Below the pieces are notes generated by a model, which was not told the origin of the DNA, ran no database searches, and saw only the letters and a list, made by a program, of their open reading frames with translations. DNA of 32,000 nucleotides from NCBI GenBank assembly GCA_029856525.1, contig JAHQXC010000002.1:12961-44960 (forward strand). The letters run 5' to 3'. Shown here one piece after another: positions 17,545 to 26,371 of the stretch. Positions within the stretch are counted from its first letter, which is position 1. Each line of letters starts with the position of its first letter. Both the position numbers and the translations under genes were made by a program. The stretch comes from Candidatus Odinarchaeia archaeon. GTDB lineage: Archaea > Asgardarchaeota > Odinarchaeia > Odinarchaeales > Odinarchaeaceae.

Positions 17545-17972
17545 TAGGAGTGTTCACCTCTCACCTCATTATTAAGCTGTTTATTATTCGAGAAATGGCT
17601 TAACAAGTAGATTCCTAATATAATGATAAATATTCCTATAGTTTTAGGAACCGTTACGCTTTCACCTAGCAAAATATTTGAGAGAACAACTATCGTGATA
17701 TAAGAGGCCCCGCCTGAGAGAGGATTAATTATTGAAGCTTTACCTTTAGATAAAGCTATAACATATACTATGCTCCCTACGAAGGCTAAACTCATTCCAA
17801 GTAGAAAATGCCAGTTTAGAAGTAATGAAAACCATCCTATAATATCATAGAATAAAAAATTATTAAGGCCGGCCGCCTCCATGCTAATTTTTATAAGCGG
17901 ATCTCCGAACCCGATTAAACCTCCAGCTAAGGCGGCTACAGCCTCGTTTTTAACCGTGTTAATCAGCCTCAA
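17544..17972 (-). CDS. Small DMT-superfamily (single EamA repeat; SMR/ArnE-ArnF-like) membrane transporter subunit
   Basis: 142 aa, about 4 TM. ALSKGKASIINPL...LLGESVTVPKTIGIFIIILG. TTG start lies 7 nt after the EF-2 paralogue stop. Confidence 0.8.
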   Translation of the reverse strand: MRLINTVKNEAVAALAGGLIGFGDPLIKISMEAAGLNNFLFYDIIGWFSLLLNWHFLLGMSLAFVGSIVYVIALSKGKASIINPLSGGASYITIVVLSNILLGESVTVPKTIGIFIIILGIYLLSHFSNNKQLNNEVRGEHS

Positions 17973-17979
17973 AAAAGAA

Positions 17980-20196
17980 TCAAGTTTTATAAATGAATCT
18001 CTCCCATGATTTCACTGTAGGAAGTTCTTCTGGCATGCCTTTCCTCTTTCGAATTTCGAGGATCTTAGGTACTTGAAGATTTTCAGGTAAAGGCTGGAAT
18101 CCGATGAACTCGTATCCGAAGAATGCTTTACCGGATGTTGCGCTTCTAAACTCATCCGCTATTCCAAGAGTTTCAGCTGTGGGGATTGATGCTGTTATAA
18201 CAGCTGTATCCTCCTCCGCCTCCATGCTGGTGATTTGACCTCTATGTTTATTAACCACTTTAATGATTTCGCCCTCAGTTCCTAAAGGCGTCTTAATATT
18301 AACTTTAAGAACAGGCTCGTAAAGTTTAGGTTCACCGGTGAGAAAACTGATATTAAGGGCGGATGAAACCATTCCCGCTATCTCATGATAACCTGTGTGA
18401 GCTGGATCAACGTGAACAGTCGCATCGGTCATAACAACTTTAAGATTCATAACAGGCTCTTTAGCGAGGGTTCCACCGTTTATAAAATCTCTGAAAACGG
18501 ATATAATATAGGATTTTATTCTCTCCAGTCTCTGCACACCACTAGTATTATCTATGAAGACGCTTGTCCCGTAAATATCCCATATCTTTCTCACTAGTTT
18601 AGCATCCCAGTTAGCTTTCATTCTAAGAATATCCCCTCTCACCTTAGCATCCTGTTCTATTGTAACCTCACCCTTCTTTATAAGCTCAACTGTAGTCTCG
18701 TCTAAAGGTTCGATGTAAAGTTTTATACGGTTATGTCCGTTCGGAGACTTTGTATGAATTTCAATCCCCTGCTTTGTAGCCTTCTCCCTGTATACTATGA
18801 CAGGCGGGCTTACGTTTATCGGAACTTGATCGTTTATTCGCTTGGTTAAAATTTCAATTTGAAGAGGGTCGATGCCACTGAGAATATATTCACCACTCTC
18901 CTGGTTGAATTTAAACTCGGCGGTTGGATCAGCCATAATCCATTTAGATACAACTTCACCTAGCCTAGCTAAATCCTGGGGGTCAACAGGTTTTATACTC
19001 TTACTTACCACAGGTTCAGCTACATAAGTGATTTCTTCGAATGGTGGGATATTTGAACCCGGCTGAATGAATGTTTCTCCTGCAGGTGTAATAAAACCGA
19101 ATACAGCGAATAAGTTACCTGCCGGTACACTATCACAGTCAAGTATATCGGTTATCTCCATTAAACCGAGTCTTTTAATTCTCTCCTCTTTTTTCTGGTT
19201 AACTAGATAGATCAGATCACCTGTTCTTAGGGTACCGGAGAAGACTCTACCTATTAGAGTAGGCCGCTTTGACTTAGGGTCTATGAAGATTTTTGTAAAC
19301 ATTCCTAGAAGAGGACCGTCCGGATCGCATTCAGCTATTTTTCTACCAATCTCTGAATTAACATCACCAGACCAGATTTTACTTAACCGGTATTTCTGAG
19401 CAGTTTTCGGATCAGGTAAATGCTGGATGACCATTCTAAGAATAGCCTCATCTAAGGGGAGATTCTGACGAAGCCATTTAATTCCCTCCTCACCCTGCTT
19501 ATATTTTTCAAAGAATATAAGAGGCGGAATATTCTTTTCTTTTATAATATCGTAGGTTACAGCCCATCCGTGTTTCGCTGAACCGAAAGCCACGCTATTA
19601 TTATCAAATCTAACCATCCAGCTCTTCGCTAATTCAGGGGGAGCGATTTTGAGTATAAGATCGTTAACCTTATTGATTATTTGGTCAAGTTTCTGAGAGA
19701 CCTTTTTAGGCTCTAATCTTAGCTCGCTGATCAATCTATCCACTTTGTTTATGAATAAAACTGGTTTACACAATTCAGCTCCTACAGCTAATCTTATATT
19801 CGTTTCAGTCTGTGTCATAACCCCTTCTAGAGCGTCCACTAGAATAACTGCACCGTCTGATCCTCTTAAAGCTCTAGAAACTTCTCCAGTAAAGCTTATG
19901 TGACCTGGCGTATCATTGATTTGAAACAGGTATTCCTTCCCTTTATACTCATAGCTTAGCTGAGCTACACTTGTAAAAATAGTAATGTTTCTAAGCTGCT
20001 CTTCAGGGTCGCTATCCGTCATAAGAACCATGCCAGCAGCGTCATCGCTCATTAACCCGGCTCTTCTAAGAAGATAATCAGTCATGGTTGTTTTACCGTG
20101 ATCTATATGAGCGGTAATGGAGAATATTCTCCTCTGCTCATAAGGACAATTAAGAATAAGATTACGTATCTCATCAGCGTTCTTTATCTTCACCAT
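17980..20196 (-). CDS. Translation elongation factor 2 family GTPase, divergent paralogue (aEF-2p-like)
   Basis: 738 aa from ATG 20196 (SD GGTGG). G1 AHIDHGKTT, G3 DTPGH, G4 NKVD, GSAKHGW, C-terminal EF-2 domains (PKLYEP, FRSATSGKA, IRKRKGM). Departures from canonical aEF-2: RNITI for RGITI, SPNGHN for SPNKHN, HTG for HRG. Confidence 0.9.
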   Translation of the reverse strand: MVKIKNADEIRNLILNCPYEQRRIFSITAHIDHGKTTMTDYLLRRAGLMSDDAAGMVLMTDSDPEEQLRNITIFTSVAQLSYEYKGKEYLFQINDTPGHISFTGEVSRALRGSDGAVILVDALEGVMTQTETNIRLAVGAELCKPVLFINKVDRLISELRLEPKKVSQKLDQIINKVNDLILKIAPPELAKSWMVRFDNNSVAFGSAKHGWAVTYDIIKEKNIPPLIFFEKYKQGEEGIKWLRQNLPLDEAILRMVIQHLPDPKTAQKYRLSKIWSGDVNSEIGRKIAECDPDGPLLGMFTKIFIDPKSKRPTLIGRVFSGTLRTGDLIYLVNQKKEERIKRLGLMEITDILDCDSVPAGNLFAVFGFITPAGETFIQPGSNIPPFEEITYVAEPVVSKSIKPVDPQDLARLGEVVSKWIMADPTAEFKFNQESGEYILSGIDPLQIEILTKRINDQVPINVSPPVIVYREKATKQGIEIHTKSPNGHNRIKLYIEPLDETTVELIKKGEVTIEQDAKVRGDILRMKANWDAKLVRKIWDIYGTSVFIDNTSGVQRLERIKSYIISVFRDFINGGTLAKEPVMNLKVVMTDATVHVDPAHTGYHEIAGMVSSALNISFLTGEPKLYEPVLKVNIKTPLGTEGEIIKVVNKHRGQITSMEAEEDTAVITASIPTAETLGIADEFRSATSGKAFFGYEFIGFQPLPENLQVPKILEIRKRKGMPEELPTVKSWERFIYKT

Positions 20197-20237
20197 ACTC
20201 GTCCACCACATTAAAAGTTAAACAATCCCACTAAAGT

Positions 20238-20252
20238 TATTATAAGTTTTTT
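20238..20252 (-). promoter_or_regulatory. Candidate BRE/TATA promoter of the EF-2 paralogue operon
   Basis: Minus strand AAAAAAC-TTATAATA, about 42 nt upstream of ATG 20196. Confidence 0.4.
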
Positions 20253-20395
20253 AAAGGCTTAAAAGCCTAAACTATGAATTTAACTCTATCCTCCGTAATT
20301 TATATTTTATAAACGTGAAAAATTAAGCAGATACTATTTTTAAATTTTTGCATAATAATAAATAAGCTACTATAAAAAGTTTTAGAGGGGCGAAT

Positions 20396-21901
20396 GTGAA
20401 TAAATCAAATTACATCCATTTTTTAAATCTTACCGTTTTAACATTGATATCTTTAATAATTCGTGTAGCTTATAACCCTTTAAGAGCTACGGGAAACCTT
20501 TACCCTGATGAAGCATATTATCTAGTAAATTCGAGAAACATTACCGAGATAGCTTCTAATCCTATTCTTCTTTTTAGAGCGACATCTTTACTAACCTATT
20601 TCTTAATCTATTATTTATTCGGTTTTTCACTAGATATTTTCATTTGGGTAAACTACTTGTACGGGGTTTTATTAACTATAGCCGTATATCTGATAGTTTT
20701 AGATATCACGCGAAAACAGCTGACAGCGTTGTTTAGCAGTGTTTTTATAACATTAAGTAGTTTTTTTATTCATGCAAGTCAAAGTAATCTAATAGATTTA
20801 CCGATCGCTTTCTGGCTGCTCATATTATATTATTTTTTATATAAAACACATTACGAGAAAAAATATATTCTACCTTCAATTATAACAATGGTAGTCTGCA
20901 TATTTACAAAGGAAACAGCTTTTTACGCTATTCCAATCCTAATCTTCATCAATATACTTTTTATTAAAAATTATAGAATCCGTATAATTGGTTTAATTTT
21001 ATCAGCTATAATCTTGTTTACTGCTGTATTTTTAATAGGCGGCTATATCGAAATCCGCGGCTACTCTAATTTATTCTCAATAGAGAATGCTAAACGATTC
21101 ATATACAACTTAGGTTGCATTCTTACAACAAATTTTTATATATTATTTAACATATTCACATGGACGTATGAAAAGTATCTTACCATAATAGTTTGCGTTC
21201 TCTTTATCTTTATAGTAGTTAAGGCTTGGTATTATAAGCGAGCAAGTATTTACGAGATAAGCCTACTCTTTTTCGCTGTTCTATTTTATTTAACGCTATT
21301 ATATGTTAACCCTGCTAAGGTTGCTTTAAATATCGGTTGGAGATATCTGCTACCGTCGATGCTAAGTTTACTACTATTATTTAGCGTGTTAATCACTGAT
21401 TCAATTTATTTAGTAAAAGAAAACATATCAAATATGGTAGGGGATAGTATAAGCCTAATTGTTAAAAATAAGAAAGAGATGGGGAAGATTATTTTAACGA
21501 TTTTATTAATAGCGATGATAATCTCACTACCAGTCTATTATGCGTTCTCAGAGCTTAATTTCTATAATAGATACGTAAAAGTAACGATGTATGAATATGA
21601 TAGTTTAAGGAGAGCTTCCTTAATCGTAGCGGATTTGAAACAAGATAATGAGAGCACGATACTGGCGCCATTCATATATCAGGTGAGCATATGGACTGAT
21701 TTCAAATTTGAGAAATATTATTCTTTCCCGAAAAATAGTGTAGATCTGCACACCTTGCTCAACGAGACAATATTCGATTATATTATAGTATCAGACTGGT
21801 GGGTTTACCATCCATTTGAACTTATTCAGGAAAAATATTTGCTACTCTACTCTATTACAGACGCAGCGAATCACACTACTAAAATATATAAATCAATTTA
21901 A
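20396..21901 (+). CDS. GT-C fold glycosyltransferase, GT39/ArnT/PMT_2-like
   Basis: 501 aa polytopic membrane protein. YPDEAYY acidic motif after TM1, NLIDLP, FTKE, WRYLLP, short C-terminal soluble domain. GTG start with SD GAGGGG. Confidence 0.75.
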   Translation: MNKSNYIHFLNLTVLTLISLIIRVAYNPLRATGNLYPDEAYYLVNSRNITEIASNPILLFRATSLLTYFLIYYLFGFSLDIFIWVNYLYGVLLTIAVYLIVLDITRKQLTALFSSVFITLSSFFIHASQSNLIDLPIAFWLLILYYFLYKTHYEKKYILPSIITMVVCIFTKETAFYAIPILIFINILFIKNYRIRIIGLILSAIILFTAVFLIGGYIEIRGYSNLFSIENAKRFIYNLGCILTTNFYILFNIFTWTYEKYLTIIVCVLFIFIVVKAWYYKRASIYEISLLFFAVLFYLTLLYVNPAKVALNIGWRYLLPSMLSLLLLFSVLITDSIYLVKENISNMVGDSISLIVKNKKEMGKIILTILLIAMIISLPVYYAFSELNFYNRYVKVTMYEYDSLRRASLIVADLKQDNESTILAPFIYQVSIWTDFKFEKYYSFPKNSVDLHTLLNETIFDYIIVSDWWVYHPFELIQEKYLLLYSITDAANHTTKIYKSI

Positions 21902-22429
21902 ATTATGAGTCGAATTATGTTTACTAAGTATTAATTTAACAAGAGTTGTGAACGCTTCCTCGATGTTTTCACCGGTTTTAGCGCTTGTTTCAAAGTATGG
22001 GTAACCTGTTTCCTTAGTTATTTTTTCAATACTGGATGGTTTAACTTCAATAGATATTTTTAAGTCTTTTTTATTACCTAAGATAGTACAGGGTATATCT
22101 GGTTTAGAGTATTCTTTAACTCTTAGAATCCAAGCTTTAAGGTTTTCAAATGTTTTAATTCTAGTTAAATCGAAAACAGCTATACAACCGTCTGATCCTT
22201 TAAAATAATTTTTATGCATGATCTCCCAGCCTTTCTGGCCTGCAATATCCCAGATAGATAAATCCACGACCCTACCGTTTATATTTAACTGCTTATAGTA
22301 TATGTCAACTCCTAAAGTGGGAAGATACTCTGTGCTAAATTTCTCTTTTATAAAACCTCTAACAAGGCTTGTTTTCCCAACAGCCGCGTCGCCTACTATA
22401 ACTATTTTAAATGTAAACTTACCCGCCAT
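21893..22429 (-). CDS. Rab-like small GTPase (Ras superfamily, eukaryotic signature protein)
   Basis: 178 aa. G1 GDAAVGKT, G2 PTLGVD, G3 WDIAGQ, YFKGSDG, VFDLT, G4 NKKD, G5 ETSAKTG. No C-terminal cysteine motif. Confidence 0.93.
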   Translation of the reverse strand: MAGKFTFKIVIVGDAAVGKTSLVRGFIKEKFSTEYLPTLGVDIYYKQLNINGRVVDLSIWDIAGQKGWEIMHKNYFKGSDGCIAVFDLTRIKTFENLKAWILRVKEYSKPDIPCTILGNKKDLKISIEVKPSSIEKITKETGYPYFETSAKTGENIEEAFTTLVKLILSKHNSTHNLN

Positions 22430-22542
22430 GTATAATCCCTGTTTAACAAAGTTTTTATTGTGACTAGCCTCTAATATATTTAACTGAAAATTCGAATATA
22501 ATTAGATTTTTAAATTAAATTTCATTTTTTAACGGTGGTATT

Positions 22543-23154
22543 GTGCAAGAGGACTGGGAGACTCAATGGAATAGAGCTTGGTCTAATGTACCTTTATGGT
22601 GGGTTATACTCTGGCGTGGTTATAAAAAACTGCTTAAAGAAGTTGATTTGAAATCGCCTAAGATAATAGAGCTTGGTTGCGGTAGTGGTAGAACTTCACT
22701 AGCATTAGCTAAGTTATTTAACGGCGAGGTTACATTAGTTGATAACTCTAAGGCTGCGATACGGAAGGCTAAGCAGACTTTTTATAACCAGAATGTTAAC
22801 ACCAAGTTTATTATAGGAGACCTGTTTTCCCTAAAACTAGAAGGAGGCTATGATCTAGTCCACAGCGAGGGGTTAATCGAACATTTTAAAGAGAGACAGC
22901 TTAACGAGCTTGTTAAACTGCACTCCTCGCTCTGCAACCCGGAAGGATATGTGATTATTTTCGCTCCAACTCTTTCTAAAACCTATAAGATTTGGAGGTT
23001 TATACAGGAAAGACTAGGAGTATGGTATTATGGAGATGAGAAGCCGATGTTAGAGGGGGAGCTTAAAACTTTATGTGAGCGAAACGGTCTTAAAGTTTTA
23101 AAAACAGTTAAAACACCCTTCCAGGTAGGTGTTTTATGTAAACCTGTAGGATAG
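22543..23154 (+). CDS. Class I SAM-dependent methyltransferase
   Basis: 203 aa. IIELGCGSG (motif I), LVDNS, GDLF, YDLVHSEGLIEHF. GTG start with SD GGTGGT. Confidence 0.9.
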   Translation: MQEDWETQWNRAWSNVPLWWVILWRGYKKLLKEVDLKSPKIIELGCGSGRTSLALAKLFNGEVTLVDNSKAAIRKAKQTFYNQNVNTKFIIGDLFSLKLEGGYDLVHSEGLIEHFKERQLNELVKLHSSLCNPEGYVIIFAPTLSKTYKIWRFIQERLGVWYYGDEKPMLEGELKTLCERNGLKVLKTVKTPFQVGVLCKPVG

Positions 23155-23169
23155 GCTAACGTTTTTAAG

Positions 23170-24678
23170 GTGAGAGCTTTGAAGATTATGCTTGTCGCCC
23201 CTCCTCTTAATTTTAGGAGAAGTTACAAGGAGCTCTATGAAGAATATACATGTGACGGAAGCCTTCCGCCGATGGGTTTAATGTATTTAACTGCTGTGCT
23301 TAAAAATAACGGTTTCGACGTGAAATTATTCGATCTCAGTGCTATTCCGGTCACACCTGATTATTTTAGAAAACTCGTTAAAGAATATGATCCGGATATT
23401 GTTGGGTTCTCAATTATCGCAGATGCTGTGAACACGAGTATAATATTAGCGGGTGAAGTTAAAAAATTAAATCCTAACTGTATTGTTATAGGAGGCGGAA
23501 TCTCCCCTACATTCTTGTATCGTGAGATTTTAACAAACTGCCCTTATTTTGATATTATAGTGAGGGGGGAAGGGGAGTATTCGATGTTAAAAATAGCAGA
23601 GTTAGCTGAGAAAAATATGTTATGGGAGAATATAAACCATTTAAAAGGTATCGTCTATCGCTCCAGTAATGGAGTTGTTAAAGTCAATGAGGGAATTAAT
23701 CTCATCAACAACCTTGACGAGCTTCCTATGCCTGATAGATCAGCTCTTACATTCAACTATACATATCAGTTCGGTCAACTAGAGCTCAGCTCTAAAAAAT
23801 TCACCACTATACTAACTTCTAGAGGCTGCCCCTTCCAATGCAGGTTTTGCGCCTGCTCCGCGTTCACACAGTCAACTTATAGAGCTAGATCGCCTGAAAA
23901 AGTATTAGATGAATTCGAATACATTTACAGTGAAGGCTACCGGCAGGTTCTGATAACAGACGATCATTTCTTTCTCACCCCTAAAAGAACAATTGATATT
24001 TTGAAAGGGTTAAGAGAGAGAGGCGTGGACATGGAGATTATCTGTGAGAGTAGAGTCGACTTCGCTAGATCTGAGGTCTTAAAAGAAGCATATAAAAGCG
24101 GGGTTAAATCAATCTTCTACGGTATGGAGTCAGGGAGTCAGAGAATACTAGACTACTATCAGAAAAAGATTACTATACCTCAGATTATTGAAGCTGTTAA
24201 AAAAACCAGAGATGCGGGTATTAACATGGTTGTAGGCTCATTTATGTTCGGCGCGCCGGGTGAAACATGGGAGGATATGCTTTTAACTGTAAAGTTGATT
24301 TTAAGTTTAGATATAGATGTCCCGATACTTAATATCGTGGATGTTCTACCAGGTACAGGTTTATGGTTTGAAGCTGAGAGAAGAGGCATACTTCCAGCTG
24401 ATGCTTGGAGGAGAACCGTGAACGCGGCTAAAATATTCCCGGACACTGTTCCACTCGACCGTATAAGATTTTTAATAGATAAAACTTATAATCTATTTAT
24501 TAAGAGAGGAGGGTATATAGGCAGACAGCTGATTAGAACTTTTGGAGATAACTGGAGGCGGGGGTTAGTTTACAGAAATATAAGGAGACTCGGTTTAACT
24601 AGGATTACAAAAGTCTTCAAGGAATATACGTCTTCACGCCGCATGTATAAATATCAGTTAAAAAATCAGGTTAGCTAG
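23170..24678 (+). CDS. Cobalamin (B12)-binding-domain radical SAM protein
   Basis: 502 aa. N-terminal PPMGLMYLTAVL, IGGGISPT, VRGEGE; SRGCPFQCRFC (CxxxCxxC); TDDHF, GMESGS, FMFGAPGET. Confidence 0.92.
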   Translation: MRALKIMLVAPPLNFRRSYKELYEEYTCDGSLPPMGLMYLTAVLKNNGFDVKLFDLSAIPVTPDYFRKLVKEYDPDIVGFSIIADAVNTSIILAGEVKKLNPNCIVIGGGISPTFLYREILTNCPYFDIIVRGEGEYSMLKIAELAEKNMLWENINHLKGIVYRSSNGVVKVNEGINLINNLDELPMPDRSALTFNYTYQFGQLELSSKKFTTILTSRGCPFQCRFCACSAFTQSTYRARSPEKVLDEFEYIYSEGYRQVLITDDHFFLTPKRTIDILKGLRERGVDMEIICESRVDFARSEVLKEAYKSGVKSIFYGMESGSQRILDYYQKKITIPQIIEAVKKTRDAGINMVVGSFMFGAPGETWEDMLLTVKLILSLDIDVPILNIVDVLPGTGLWFEAERRGILPADAWRRTVNAAKIFPDTVPLDRIRFLIDKTYNLFIKRGGYIGRQLIRTFGDNWRRGLVYRNIRRLGLTRITKVFKEYTSSRRMYKYQLKNQVS

Positions 24679-24693
24679 AAACGGCTGATTAAC

Positions 24694-26364
24694 GTGGATA
24701 AGAAAACTTTGATTTTAACCATGCTGCTGATTTCATCGACGAGTATTATAATCAGATTAGCTAATATTTTACGGTTCCCGATTCTACCAACCGCCTTCGA
24801 TCCATGGTATCACATGGCTATCGTTAACTCTATTATTAAACACGGCGAATTAAACTTATCATTGTACAGAGGGGGTTTCCTTTTACACTTATTCACCGCT
24901 TTAATAAGCTTAGCCACCGGGATAAGCATATTCGATATAGTTAAATATCTACCTTTATTCATCAGCCCTTTAACGGTTTTAGCTACCTATCATCTAGCTA
25001 AAAATATCACAGGAAACCGGGAAATAATTATCTTAAGTGTTTTCTCATTAAATTGTTTATCATTCAGCTTTATTTTCGCTACAAATCAGTTTTGGCCTGA
25101 GCTTTTAACCCTACCTTTAGCTCTTCTAACTGTAAGTTTCTTTTTAAAAGCTGTTTTCAAAAAAAACAGTTTATCAGCGGTTATAAGCGTGCTATTATAT
25201 GCGATTATAATGCTTACACACGATTTCTCAGCGATTATGACGCTTATAATAATCCTTTCAATAATTGTTTTCTTAACTTTCACAACCGGTTTAATCTCAA
25301 AACACGCTATTTTAATCACATTGGCCTGTTCAGCTTTAATGACAGGTTGGAGTTTAATATTCACTACGGCTACAGTTTTATATAGCATTATCACTAAACT
25401 TTACTTTTTAATACCTGTTTTCGCGTTGATTTTTTCAACTACAGTTTACATATTTAGAAGAATTAGAGTGCAGGGAGACTATGAGAGTATAAGGTTATCA
25501 AGTTTTACATACCCGTTATGGGCTTTCTTCACTTTAACAGGCTTGGTTTTAACTCTGGTAATAACTTTTATTCCACCAATCTCCTACACTTTAACGTTAA
25601 CTGTTGAATATATCAGTATAGCTTTACCTGGAACTGTGGTTTTTATATCGCTGATCAGCTTAGGCTCATTGATTATATTTCAAAACTATCATCGACAATC
25701 CAGTATAATAGTAGGAGTTATAGCTGGACCTGTAGCTTTAATACTACTCCCTTTAATATTATATTTAGTCTCATCGCCTTTAATTGAACCTGAGCGAATC
25801 TTAGAATTCACTTCTATAGGCGGGGCTTTAATATCAGGTCTAGGTTTAACAGTTATCCTAAATAAGATATCCCGCGCAGACTCAGATGAAAGAAGAAAAA
25901 TCTACACAGCTATCTTAATACCAGCATTATGTGTTAGCGTGATTTCATCAACGCTCTGGGCTTATCCTACGCCAAGCGAGGGTTTAAGATACTTGAATTG
26001 GAACACATACTCAGAGTTAGATTTAGCTTTATGGTGTTCAAAACATATTAACGGTCAGACTATAATATCTGACTGGAGATTAGGATATATTTTAACCGGG
26101 TTTTTAGCTGATCCACCCGACTATAATATTATAATTAACGCTTTACTATTATATGAGAGTAATAGAAGTGTAATACTTTCTATCCCCTATAAACTAGGAG
26201 TTTACCTAGTTTTAGATGATTGGATGATTAAACACGGACCTACACAGCCACCCTCCTACGGGTTAACAGCGCCTCTTGAAAGCTCTAAAAACTATTATGA
26301 TGCAAGCAGCGAGTACGTGAAAATATATGATAACGGTTATGAATGGGTTTACTTCACGCAGTAA
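24694..26364 (+). CDS. Polytopic membrane protein, probable GT-C fold (STT3/AglB-like first loop) glycosyltransferase
   Basis: 556 aa with many TM helices. AFDPWYH motif after TM1; soluble C-terminal domain ending KIYDNGYEWVY. Lies 15 nt after the radical SAM gene. Confidence 0.6.
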   Translation: MDKKTLILTMLLISSTSIIIRLANILRFPILPTAFDPWYHMAIVNSIIKHGELNLSLYRGGFLLHLFTALISLATGISIFDIVKYLPLFISPLTVLATYHLAKNITGNREIIILSVFSLNCLSFSFIFATNQFWPELLTLPLALLTVSFFLKAVFKKNSLSAVISVLLYAIIMLTHDFSAIMTLIIILSIIVFLTFTTGLISKHAILITLACSALMTGWSLIFTTATVLYSIITKLYFLIPVFALIFSTTVYIFRRIRVQGDYESIRLSSFTYPLWAFFTLTGLVLTLVITFIPPISYTLTLTVEYISIALPGTVVFISLISLGSLIIFQNYHRQSSIIVGVIAGPVALILLPLILYLVSSPLIEPERILEFTSIGGALISGLGLTVILNKISRADSDERRKIYTAILIPALCVSVISSTLWAYPTPSEGLRYLNWNTYSELDLALWCSKHINGQTIISDWRLGYILTGFLADPPDYNIIINALLLYESNRSVILSIPYKLGVYLVLDDWMIKHGPTQPPSYGLTAPLESSKNYYDASSEYVKIYDNGYEWVYFTQ

Positions 26365-26371
26365 ACATCGG

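Noticed and set aside
348-18597. Short ORFs nested within longer genes, almost all antisense (348-746, 1216-1491, 1287-1478, 4561-4752, 5233-5501, 6332-7234, 10514-11187, 12900-13118, 13950-14237, 16307-16831, 18385-18597)
   Set aside because: They lie inside well-supported genes, have no motifs and look like shadow ORFs.
24180-25394. Antisense ORFs 24180-24446 and 25086-25394
   Set aside because: Fully inside the radical SAM and GT-C genes on the opposite strand, with no independent evidence.
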